64,000 bases of DNA from contig CAVQKP010000018.1 of the NCBI GenBank assembly GCA_963713065.1, positions 95,684 to 159,683 of the forward strand. The letters are read 5' to 3'. Made by a program: the position numbers and the translations under genes. Each line of letters opens with the position of its first letter. Position 1 is the stretch's first letter. The notes beneath the pieces were generated by a model. The model saw nothing but the letters and a program-made list of their open reading frames with translations, was not told where the DNA came from and did no database searches. Source of the stretch: Pirellulales bacterium. GTDB lineage: Bacteria; Planctomycetota; Planctomycetia; Pirellulales; Thermoguttaceae. This document shows positions 42,748-51,712 of the stretch, one piece after another.

Positions 42748-43875
42748 CTACCGAAAATTGGCGTCATTTCCGCGCAACTTTTCGAGAGCTTCGATGCCTC
42801 TCTCAATGACGCTGTCCGCGGCGGCGTAGGAGAGGCGGAAATGGGTGTCCCGGCGGCTGAAAACGTTGCCGGGAATGATGAGCAGTTGATGCTCTTCGAT
42901 CGCTTTGTGGACAAACTCGGCGCCGGTTCCCCAAGGCGTTTTGGGGAAGGCGTAAAAGGCGCCGCGGGGGGCGACGAGTTCATAATCGCCGGCCAAACCG
43001 GCCACCAGCAGATCGCGCTTACGGCGATAGGCTGCGATATGTTCCGAGACATCCACCTTAAGCGCCGCCGCTCCCGCCCATTGGAACGGATGCGGTGCGC
43101 ATACGAAACTATACTGCTGCAGCTTGATCATCTCGCGGATGATTTCGCCCGGCCCGTGGGCGAAACCCAATCGCCAGCCGGGCATGCCGTGGCTCTTGCT
43201 GAAGCCGTCGATCACCAGCGTTTGCGGATTGAACTTCGCCGGCGAGACGAATTCGCCGTCGTAGCAGAACGCGCGGTAGATTTCATCGCTCAAAAGCACG
43301 ACGTTTCGCTCATCCGCCAGTTCGGCCAGGCCGCGAACCGTGGCCTCATCGGCTACCGCGCCGGTGGGATTGGCTGGGCTGTTGAACAGAATCAGCTTCG
43401 TCCGCGGCGTGATCGCCGCCGCCACGCGGTCGAGATCGATTTGGAAATCGGGATACGTATCGACCGGCACGACCGTCCCGCCGACGACCTTCACCAGCGC
43501 GTCGTACATCACGAAGTACGGATCGAAAATGATGACTTCATCGCCGGGATTCAGGAGCACCAGGAGCGCGAGCATCAATCCGCCGCTCGTGCCGGAGGTG
43601 ATGAACAGCTCGCGGTCGCCGTGCCCGAATTGCTTTTGCACGGCGGCCTGCAGCTGATCGCGAAGCACGGGCATGCCCTGGGTGAGGGCGTAGCCATTCT
43701 TGCGGCTTTCGATGGCGTCGATGGCCGCCCGGCGGACTTCTTGCGGCACGTCGAAATCGGGCTGGCCGATGGAGAGGTTGATCGGATCGGCGAGTTTCGC
43801 CCCCAAGTCGAAGACTTTGCGAATGCCCGAGGCGTCGAAGAGATGGGTGCGGTCGGCAAGCCAGGGATGTGACAT
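42748..43875 (-). CDS. Pyridoxal-phosphate-dependent aminotransferase, class I/II (aspartate aminotransferase-like)
   Basis: 'MSHPWLADRTHLFDASGIRKVF', 'LFNSPANPTG', 'SFSKSHGMPGWRLG' (PLP lysine motif), 'IIPGNVF'. Confidence 0.85.
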   Translation of the reverse strand: MSHPWLADRTHLFDASGIRKVFDLGAKLADPINLSIGQPDFDVPQEVRRAAIDAIESRKNGYALTQGMPVLRDQLQAAVQKQFGHGDRELFITSGTSGGLMLALLVLLNPGDEVIIFDPYFVMYDALVKVVGGTVVPVDTYPDFQIDLDRVAAAITPRTKLILFNSPANPTGAVADEATVRGLAELADERNVVLLSDEIYRAFCYDGEFVSPAKFNPQTLVIDGFSKSHGMPGWRLGFAHGPGEIIREMIKLQQYSFVCAPHPFQWAGAAALKVDVSEHIAAYRRKRDLLVAGLAGDYELVAPRGAFYAFPKTPWGTGAEFVHKAIEEHQLLIIPGNVFSRRDTHFRLSYAAADSVIERGIEALEKLRGNDANFR

Positions 43876-43937
43876 GGTTGGTTTTTGGTCTTGGGTCTTT
43901 GGGTTTATCGGCCCAACGGGCCAACAATTCTCCTCGT

Positions 43938-44963
43938 TCATTTCGCGTAAGCGAACGCTTCCGAGCACGGGCGATCATCGCGACTTAAAACTTGGAGAAT
44001 CTGGATTACGGCGGCGAGGGCATCGGGCTGAGCCTGGAAGCAACGATTATTATATCGTCTTCCTTGCTCGTCGAAAAACGTGCAACATTCTCCGTCGTTC
44101 GCTACGCGCATGCCGAAATGGGCCTTGTCGGCGGCAATCTGCGCGGGTAATTCGTGAGCGAGGACGCGGCAGGGAATGATCCGGCAGGCGGTCGGCTGCA
44201 TTAGATTTTCGAGATCGGCGATCCAGGGGCGGCTGGTGGAATCGACGACGAAGCGCAGCGGCCGCAAGCCGTGGAATTGGCCGGCCAGGGCGGCCAAATA
44301 GGGCGTTTCGGCTTGCAACCGATGCAGGGATCCGAACTTTCGGGCCGGCCGGTCGAAGCCGCCGTGCAATATTTCTTCCAAGGGTTGAAGAGCAGTTTTT
44401 CCCGACATTCGCAGCGAGCCGATGCCCCAGAACTTCAGGCAGATTGCCTGCGAACTTTGGTCGGTGCTGCCCAGCAGAATTCCGCCGTCGAGTTCGAAAT
44501 GCTGCACGGCAAATTGCATCGCCGCGGAAGTCGCCGGGCCGATATCGAAAACTTCGCAGGCCGCGTATCGCAATCCTTCGCACGCGGCGGCGACATATTC
44601 CGGCATGATCGCCCGGCCGTCGTGCGCGATGGCGATGCGGCAAGCGTTTGGCGTCTCATCCGAACGTTGCAGCCACAATCCAAACGCCGCCGCAACTTGC
44701 CGAACCGTGGCCGGCGGAAGTTCGTTCGGCGAATTTCCCATGAATCCCTGTTCATCAAATCCCGCGGGATCCCGCCCATCGTTCCAAACTTTGTGCAACC
44801 GCTCAACCATCTTTGCGGAAAGTGTGCGGGTATCGTCGCGATGCTTGCAATATCGGCACGCCGGATAGAACACGGCCAAACGGGCCAAATGCACCGATTG
44901 GGAAATCGGATGCTCCTGGCCGGGGCAGAGGTAATCGAATTGCGGAGACGATGAATTGTTCAC
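43938..44963 (-). CDS. Phosphohexomutase (PGM/PMM) fold protein, apparently degenerate (no TASHNP)
   Basis: 'RIAIAHDGRAIMPEYVAAACEGLRYAACEVFDIGPATSAAMQFAV...GGILLGSTDQSS' parallels domain I of PMM/PGM. 'GMRVANDGECCTFFDEQG' parallels the domain III DGDGDR loop. Confidence 0.45.
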   Translation of the reverse strand: MNNSSSPQFDYLCPGQEHPISQSVHLARLAVFYPACRYCKHRDDTRTLSAKMVERLHKVWNDGRDPAGFDEQGFMGNSPNELPPATVRQVAAAFGLWLQRSDETPNACRIAIAHDGRAIMPEYVAAACEGLRYAACEVFDIGPATSAAMQFAVQHFELDGGILLGSTDQSSQAICLKFWGIGSLRMSGKTALQPLEEILHGGFDRPARKFGSLHRLQAETPYLAALAGQFHGLRPLRFVVDSTSRPWIADLENLMQPTACRIIPCRVLAHELPAQIAADKAHFGMRVANDGECCTFFDEQGRRYNNRCFQAQPDALAAVIQILQVLSRDDRPCSEAFAYAK

Positions 44964-45217
44964 GGCATTTTATGACCATCCATGCACGGTAGATTAGCAA
45001 AAATCTTGGCAACTGGCAAGCAATCGGATTTATTGAATGCCGGATTGCGGCGATGCACTGCGTGCGGGCGTCAACTCCTCGTCGCCGTTGGCTCCGGGCG
45101 AAACATCCGTATTTCCGAGAAATTAGCGCCCTGCTCTTGCGTCAATATCCCGCCAGCGTTATGGTAGTGCTAGCGGCGGTTTTTGACTTTTTCGAGAGCG
45201 CGAACGCAACTCCCATC

Positions 45218-47999
45218 ATGCCCATATCTTGGAACGAAATCCGCCAGAACGCCATTCATTTTGCCCGCGAGTGGTCCGGCACGCGCAGCGAAAGCGCGGA
45301 AAAACAAACCTTTTGGAACCAGTTCTTCGAAGTGTTCGGCAGCCGGCGGCGAACTGTCGCGAATTTTGAAGAGCAAGTACGGAATCTTCATGGAAACTAC
45401 GATCATATTGATCTTTTCTGGCCCGGAATGTTGTTGGTCGAGCACAAAAGTTTTGGCAAAGATTTGGGTGAAGCAGAATTACAGGCGTCCCGTTATATTG
45501 GCAATCTTATTAGTGCTGGGAGAGATAAGGAATCACCCCGCTATATAATTGTTTCAGATTTTGCACGGATTGAACTCATAGATCTTGAACCGGAAGACCC
45601 AAATAAGAAACAGATCAAAGGCGGTTATAAGATTGAATTTCCGCTGTCGGAATTTCATAAATATATCCATGAATTTGCTTTTATTCCGGGCTATAAACAA
45701 CACCGGTTCGAAGATCAGGACCCGATCAATCTTGAAGCCGTCCGCATTATGGACGATCTTCACGACTCGCTTGCCAATGGCGGTTATAAAGGGCATGAAT
45801 TAGAGCGTTTTTTAGTGCGAGTGCTGTTCTGCCTTTTTGCCGAAGATACAGGCATCTTCGAACGAGAAGCATTTCATCTTTATTTGGAAAACTGCACGAA
45901 GCTAGACGGCTCCGATCTTGGAATTCACTTGGCTCGATTGTTTGAAGTCCTCAATACTCCAGAGGAAAAACGCCAGAAAAATCTGAATGAGACGTTGGCG
46001 GCATTTCCTTATGTAAATGGTGATCTTTTCTCCGAACAATTGGGCTTCGCCGATTTCAACCGAGATATGAGGAATAATTTGCTTGCATGCACTCGTTTTG
46101 ACTGGTCGAGTATTTCGCCCGCCATTTTCGGCTCGCTGTTTCAAGGCATCATGGAATCGCGCGAGCGTCGGCAGATCGGCGCGCATTACACGAGCGAACG
46201 GGACATCTTGAAGGTGATTCGCTCGCTGTTTCTCGACGACCTCCGGGCGGAGTTCGAGAAGATCAAGACGAACAAGAACCAACTCAAGCAGTTCCATCAA
46301 AAGCTGGCGGGCCTAAAATTCCTCGACCCGGCCTGCGGCTGCGGAAATTTCTTGGTGATCGCCTACCGGGAACTGCGCTTGTTGGAAATCGAAGTCCTTA
46401 CCGCGTTGCATTCCGGGCAGAAGCAGTTGGATATCCGCAATCTGTCGCTGGTCGATGTGGACGCCTTTTATGGCATCGAGATCAGCGAGTGGCCCGCACG
46501 GATCGCGGAAGTGGCGATGTGGCTGATGGACCACCAGATGAACGTCAAGCTTTCGGAAACGTTCGGGCAGTATTTCGTCCGCCTGCCGCTGAAGAAATCG
46601 CCCACCATCGTGCTCGGCAATGCGCTGCGGCTCGATTGGAAGAAATTCTGCCGCCGGAAAATTGCAGTTACGTATTAGGGAATCCGCCGTTCGTGGGTAA
46701 ACATCTTCTTACTCAAGAACAAAGTGCGGATATGGACTATGTTTGGCGTAAAACGAATGGAGCCGGATTTCTCGATTATGTAACAGGATGGTATAGAAAA
46801 GCAGCTATATATATCTTAGGAACCAATATAATTGTTGGCTTCGTTTCAACAAATTCCATTACTCAAGGTGAACAAGTTGGAATCCTGTGGGTTGAATTAT
46901 TTCATAAACAAGGAATTAAAATTCATTTTGCACATAGGACATTTTCTTGGGATAGTGAAGCCAGAGGAAAAGCTCATGTTCATGTTGTGATTATCGGATT
47001 TGCCAATTTTGACCCTGAAAATAAACGTCTTTACGATTATGAATCAGATGGCGAAAAGTCACTGTAACTAGGCCAAGAAACATAAGTCCTTATTTAATCG
47101 AAGGCTCCGATATCGCTTTACCAATTCGTCGAAATGCTCTATGCAATGTTCCAGCTATTATCAATGGAAATAAACCAGCAGATGGTGGATTTCTCATTAT
47201 TGAAGATGAAGATAAACAAGGATTTCTTAAAGAAAACCCAGGCATTAAACCATATATCCGACAATTCCTTTGTGCTGAGGAATATTTAAATGGAAAAAAT
47301 AGATGGGTTTTATGGCTAGAAAATGTACCGCCAAAAATCATTCGCGAGAATCCTGGTGTACGGCAAAGAATTGAAGAAGTTCGGAAATTTCGATTGAAGA
47401 GCAAGAAAGAATCGACACGGAGAAGAGCCGAACGGCCTACTTTGTTTGATCAACTTCGCCAGCCAAAAAGCGAATATATGTTAATACCACGTCATTCTTC
47501 GGAAACTCGACGTTATATACCATTTGGATATTTCAGTCCCGAAATAATTATTGGTGATTCCTGCACAGCAATCCCTCATGCATCACTTTATCATTTTGGC
47601 ATTTTATCATCCACGATGCATATGGCATGGGTTCGACAAATTTGCGGTCGATTGAAATCGGATTACCGATATTCCAACAAACTCGTTTACAACAACTATC
47701 CCTGGCCGGAATCGCCGACGAAGAAGCAGAAAACGGCGGTCGAGCAGGCGGCACAAGGGGTGTTGGATGCGCGGGAAGAGTTCTTGTCGCAAGGGGCAAC
47801 GTTGGCCGATCTTTACGATCCGGTTGCGATGCCGCCGAAATTGGTCAAGGCCCATGCCGCGTTGGATCGGGCGGTGGACCGCTGCTACCGCGCGCAGCCC
47901 TTCACCAGCGAGCGGCAGCGCGTCGAGTTTCTCTTCGCCCTCTACGAAAAACTCACCACGCCCTTAATCGCCGAAGCAGGAAAGAAACGGAAAAAGTAG
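45218..47999 (+). CDS. MmeI-family single-chain Type IIL restriction-modification enzyme (N-terminal PD-ExK endonuclease + gamma-class N6-adenine MTase + target recognition domain); two frameshifts
   Basis: 'MPISWNEIRQNAIHFAREW', nuclease 'DLFWPGMLLVEHKSFGKDL', 'GAHYTSE', 'FLDPACGCGNFL', 'GNPPFVG', 'SITQGEQV', C-terminal 'YRYSNKLVYNNYPWP...LADLYDPVAMPPKLVKAH'. Pieces 45053-46678, 46489-47067 and 47090-47999. Confidence 0.8.
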
Positions 48000-48027
48000 G
48001 AACAATTCGCCGGGCCGGTTTTGCAGA

Positions 48028-48059
48028 ATGCCCTCACCCCGGCCCCTCTCCCAAAGGGA
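48028..48059. repeat. Repeat family C copy (ATGCCCTCACCCCGGCCCCTCTCCCAAAGGG) just downstream of the MmeI-like gene
   Basis: Near-identical at 49238-49276. A diverged copy at 55656-55700 lies inside a CDS. Confidence 0.5.
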
Positions 48060-48105
48060 AAGAAGAGTTTTATAGGGCCAAACCATGCGTCACCATATTA
48101 TTTAA

Positions 48106-48184
48106 GGAACACTAATCTCCACTAACACCCACTCACAAATCTTTATTGTGCCTATTAGCGGCTGTCAGTGGTTATTAGCGTTCC
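48106..48184. repeat. Imperfect inverted repeat of family D (GGAACACTAATCTCCACTA ... CAGTGGTTATTAGCGTTCC), about 40-bp spacer; MITE-like or regulatory palindrome between convergent genes
   Basis: The right arm's reverse complement GGAACGCTAATAACCACTG matches 6961-6979 with 1 mismatch. Confidence 0.45.
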
Positions 48185-48220
48185 TTCTGTTTTCGAATCC
48201 GACGAACTTTCGAAGTCGCA

Positions 48221-48799
48221 CTAACCAATTGCTTCTTTCCGCGCTCTTTCGAGCAGATCATCCACGTGAAGCTCCACGGCCCATTTTTTCAAATAGTCCC
48301 CGTCGAGATTTTCGCCTTGGACCTTCATCACCCCAAGAACATCGCTCCATTGGCGCTCGGAGATTTCATCGCCGAGGCGATACCATTCGAGCTTGCTGAG
48401 GATCGTATCTTCCGCGGAAGCGACATAAAATATTTTCGAAGAATCCTCAAGGATCTTTCGGGAGTTTTTCCGTTCGAAAGCCAGACGGCTGTAGGCTGAC
48501 GCCTTCGAAGCGAAAACATCCACCTTGAACATCGTTGCGAGGTGAATCAGATTGAAACATGCCCTTCTTCGAATGGCGTCCGTAATCGTATTTACGTTGA
48601 GATAATACGCTTTGCCCAACATCTCCGCCAAAGGAGCTGCATGCTCGAACCTGAGATCGGCAACCAAATCAGCATCCGCGGTGCTTCGAATCACGCCATG
48701 AGCGGAGCTTGCCACGGAACCGCCAATATAATAGGGAATTCCAAGTTTTTCGAAAACCTCGACAACAGGAACAACAGCCTGGATCATGTCAAGAATCAT
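48221..48799 (-). CDS. Nucleotidyltransferase-fold (Pol-beta superfamily, MNT-like) protein, 192 aa
   Basis: 'YIGGSVASSAHGVIRSTADADLVADL' is the hG[GS]...D.D minimal NTase motif. Its start overlaps the stop of the upstream small ORF (ATGA). Confidence 0.55.
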   Translation of the reverse strand: MILDMIQAVVPVVEVFEKLGIPYYIGGSVASSAHGVIRSTADADLVADLRFEHAAPLAEMLGKAYYLNVNTITDAIRRRACFNLIHLATMFKVDVFASKASAYSRLAFERKNSRKILEDSSKIFYVASAEDTILSKLEWYRLGDEISERQWSDVLGVMKVQGENLDGDYLKKWAVELHVDDLLERARKEAIG

Positions 48800-49044
48800 G
48801 CGTGCCCTTTTATTAAGTAAACGCGTACATCATCCGCTAAATGTTTGCCGTAAGTGATTTCAACCCAGCGGAGGCCGACCTCTTCAACGCTCATGCCCGG
48901 ATTCGCGTCAGCAATGCCTTGACGGGAAAACGCGATGAGCGTCGCAGTCAGTGATCGCATCAAGGAAATGCGTTTGGCAACGCTCGCTTGGCGTATAAGC
49001 TCCAATTGCACTTTTTCAGCATCAGGATGAGTATCGGTAAGCAT
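48796..49044 (-). CDS. Small protein (82 aa) translationally coupled to the NTase gene; putative cognate partner or antitoxin-like
   Basis: ATG 49044 with AAGGA 9 nt upstream. 4-nt overlap with the NTase start. No recognisable domain. Confidence 0.4.
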   Translation of the reverse strand: MLTDTHPDAEKVQLELIRQASVAKRISLMRSLTATLIAFSRQGIADANPGMSVEEVGLRWVEITYGKHLADDVRVYLIKGHA

Positions 49045-49115
49045 GGGAATATCCTTATAATCAATCGGGCGGCATATTCTTATTATTGCAAACGGCTGCC
49101 ATATCAACAAGACAA

Positions 49116-49139
49116 GCCCCCGCCGTTTTCGGCGGGGGC
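49116..49139 (-). terminator. Perfect 10-bp GC hairpin GCCCCCGCCG-tttt-CGGCGGGGGC followed (minus strand) by a U-rich tract; likely terminator of the lipoprotein operon
   Basis: Read directly. Lies about 145 nt downstream of the stop of the 49284-50636 gene on the minus strand. Confidence 0.5.
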
Positions 49140-49177
49140 CTAGAGGATTAATTTGATTTCAAGTTAATTGGTGATGC

Positions 49178-49276
49178 TGCGACGCCGGAGCAAAAGCGAA
49201 ATTGTGTTCCCATGCCGGAGCATGGGAACAAATAGAAATGCCCTCACCCCTAGCCCCTCTCCCAAAGGGCGAGGGG
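49178..49276. repeat. Composite repeat: family B (TGCGACGCCGGAGCAAAAGCGAAATTGTGTTCCCATGCCGGAGCATGGGAACA, 49178-49230) followed by family C (49238-49276)
   Basis: The family B paralog is at 56815-56865, about 85% identical. Both contain GTTCCCAYG-ccggagc-RTGGGAAC hairpins. Confidence 0.55.
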
Positions 49277-49283
49277 AAAATAT

Positions 49284-50636
49284 TTACCGCACGCGGCAGC
49301 AGAAGCGGATTACGCCGCCTTGGCCGGCTTCGAGCGGATCTTTCAGCTCGCAGCGGATGACCGAGGAATCGCCTTCGTTGGGCTGGGTGCTGAAGGCGGC
49401 TTCGCGGCTGCACTGGGCGCTGCCGGGGACGTATTCCAACCGCGTGCTGAGGCTGTCGAGGATCGTCACGTTGCCGATCGTTTCGCTGCCCAGATTGTCG
49501 AACCGCAAGGTGAACCAGACTTCCTCGCCGGGATTGGCGAACGCCGTCGAGGCGACCTTGATGAGCCGCAGCGCCGGCTTGCCTTCGAATTTCACGTTAT
49601 AGACCGATTCCAACTTTTCGTCCTGCACGGCCGTCATCGGTCCTTGCAAGTTGATGATCGCCTGCACCATTTGCGTTTCATTCCACGAGACGGCCGCCTG
49701 GGCGCTTTTGGCCAGCCGCAGCGACTCGGCGCCTTCGAACTTGCCCGTGCGTATGACGGCGACGTTCTCGTAGGGCTTGTAGTCGTTTTGGAAGCTCCGC
49801 GGGCCGACGGCCGTGGAAATCGCGCCGTCGCCTTGCCTGGTCACGAAGGCCTGCGTCGGCCGGGCGCCGATTTCGTCGCCAAGTTGGATGTTCTTCGTCG
49901 TCGAGCCGACCAGTTGCGTGTGCGCCGGCTTGGACAGGGCGACGTCCTCCGTCACGCCGCGAGCCGCCACTTTCTGCTCGTTGGCCATGAGTCCGACCAC
50001 CTGTCGAACCGCGCCGAAACGGGGGCTGTAGATATAGACTTCATTGCTGGGCTCGACGATGCGGCGGCCGTCGAGCGTGTCGTAATGCGCGACGGCGTCT
50101 TCCATCTCGACTCCGTAAACCTGCCATTCACGTCCCACGCCGGCCGGCATGTGCCGATCGCCGCCGTCGCGGAGATATTCATCCCGCGGCCACGGCTGGC
50201 GAATGGCGTCGGGCGACCACGGCGGATAGGCCGCATAGGGCAGCGGCGTGCCCTGCTCCATGCACGGCGCACCCAGCGGCGGGCAATCGTCGCGCGGAAT
50301 GGGCGGCATCGGGCCTTCATAAGCGGTCTGCGCGATATCCGAACTCGCCTCGGCCTCGCCAGCCTCCGCTTGGTCGCCGCGATCGGCTTGTCCGACCGAG
50401 TTTCCCGTGCTACCGGACGAGCCGGCAGCGGCGTCTAATGCCGGTTGCTCGTCGAGCGATCGGTCGGCGACGACAATGTAAGCTTGTTCGCCATCGTTGC
50501 CCAGTTTCATGCCGGCGGTTCTGCCCGACGGCCCGCGGCAAGAGCAGAGGATCGTCATCCCCAGGGCGATGCCGAGGAGCGTTGCGGGAATGCGGCGGGC
50601 GAACATCTTCGCGATCATGGGATGAGGGACTTTCAT
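49284..50636 (-). CDS. Lipoprotein with C-terminal DUF11-like beta-sandwich domain
   Basis: 'MKVPHPMIAKMFARRIPATLLGIALGMTILCSC' (lipobox-like LCSC). C-terminal 'EEVWFTLRFDNLGSETIGNVTILDSLSTRLEYVPGS' is DUF11-like. Its ATG overlaps the upstream gene's stop (ATGA). Confidence 0.55.
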   Translation of the reverse strand: MKVPHPMIAKMFARRIPATLLGIALGMTILCSCRGPSGRTAGMKLGNDGEQAYIVVADRSLDEQPALDAAAGSSGSTGNSVGQADRGDQAEAGEAEASSDIAQTAYEGPMPPIPRDDCPPLGAPCMEQGTPLPYAAYPPWSPDAIRQPWPRDEYLRDGGDRHMPAGVGREWQVYGVEMEDAVAHYDTLDGRRIVEPSNEVYIYSPRFGAVRQVVGLMANEQKVAARGVTEDVALSKPAHTQLVGSTTKNIQLGDEIGARPTQAFVTRQGDGAISTAVGPRSFQNDYKPYENVAVIRTGKFEGAESLRLAKSAQAAVSWNETQMVQAIINLQGPMTAVQDEKLESVYNVKFEGKPALRLIKVASTAFANPGEEVWFTLRFDNLGSETIGNVTILDSLSTRLEYVPGSAQCSREAAFSTQPNEGDSSVIRCELKDPLEAGQGGVIRFCCRVR

Positions 50637-51590
50637 CGTCGCGGTCCCTCCTTGGCCGATTGGTCGAACATGGCGGGGATGATTTCCGAATTCGGCGGCG
50701 GGGGGAGAATTTTCACCGCGGGCTTGGCGGGGGCTTTCGACTCGAACTTGAATAACGCGCGGATTTCCGGTTTGGGATCGGTTTTCGCGCGGGGCTTGAC
50801 GGCTTTCTTCGCGGCCGGCGCGGCGGCCGTTTTTGCCGCGGATTTTGCCGTTGATTTCGCGGCTTGGACGGGATGCGGCTTTTCGACCGGCGGCAGGATT
50901 GGGATAATCGACGAACGGCGGACAGCCGAAGAAAAATTGCGGATCGGGACCGGCGCCGGAGTCCGGCAAACGGCCGCCCAACCGCAGAATCGCCACCGGC
51001 CGGCCCAAGGAATCGGCGACGGCCAGCGGATCTTGACCCGGCGCGGCTTCGAACCAGTTCTGGTGGTTGGGATCCTCGCGAACCGGCAAGGCGTCGCGGG
51101 GATCTTCGAGATAAATCACGCGGGTGACGAACTTTCCCGCGAGGGCCAGTTTGAGATCAGCGTCGGATAGTTCGACGGGGATCGAAAAACGATTTTCCTG
51201 TCCCAGCGGCGTGAACAGGCGGTCGATGACTTCGATGGTGGGAAAAACTTCCCGCCCTTCGGCCAGCGGAATGCCGCTCACTTGGAGCCGATAAACGCCG
51301 CCGATCAGCAGTCCGGCCTTGCGCAGTCCTTTCCGCGGTTCCTCGAATTGGCCATCGACGGCAAGGGCGATCATCGCCCCGTCGGGCGCTTTGATTTCGA
51401 CGGGCTGGTAATAGCCCGCCAATGGTCCGCCCCGCTGGAGTTGCCGGCTTCCAATCGCTCCCGGGGGCATCGCCCCTTGGTGATAATAGTGGACGCCGGG
51501 TGCTTGAGCCAAGCCGAAGGAGCTTGGGATCAGCAGCCACGCCGCCACGATCGCCAATTTGCCGGCAACTCGTCGCATTGTCATCCTCAT
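50633..51590 (-). CDS. Secreted protein or lipoprotein, paralog of 51713-52906, with a Lys/Ala/Pro-rich C-terminal tail (one frameshift)
   Basis: Signal peptide 'MRMTMRRVAGKLAIVAAWLLIPSSFGLAQA'. Shared core 'YRLQVSGIPLAEGREVFPTIEV...FVTRVIYLEDP...AILRLGG' with the paralog. The tail '...AAKKAVKPRAKTDPKPEIRALFKFESKAPAKPAVKILPPPP...' reads in the +1 frame and ends at a TGA overlapping the next ATG. Confidence 0.5.
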
Positions 51591-51712
51591 TTCAGACGGC
51601 CGAGCGGGGCCGTGGACCATGATCGCGCGTAGATGGAAGGGTTGACGAGGATCGAACAGCACGCAGGGCGGGACTTTGCTTCGCTTGTCCCACCCTGCTT
51701 TTTTACAATTTT

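Noticed and set aside
42557-42748. 63-aa minus ORF ending in a poly-Lys stretch (QKGQKKKSKKKKK).
   Set aside because: It is the translation of a polypurine/polypyrimidine tract in an intergenic region, with no start context.
42641-45171. Shared 11-mer ATGGTAGTGCT at about 42646 and about 45161.
   Set aside because: A single 11-mer match within 64 kb is expected by chance; there is no extended similarity.
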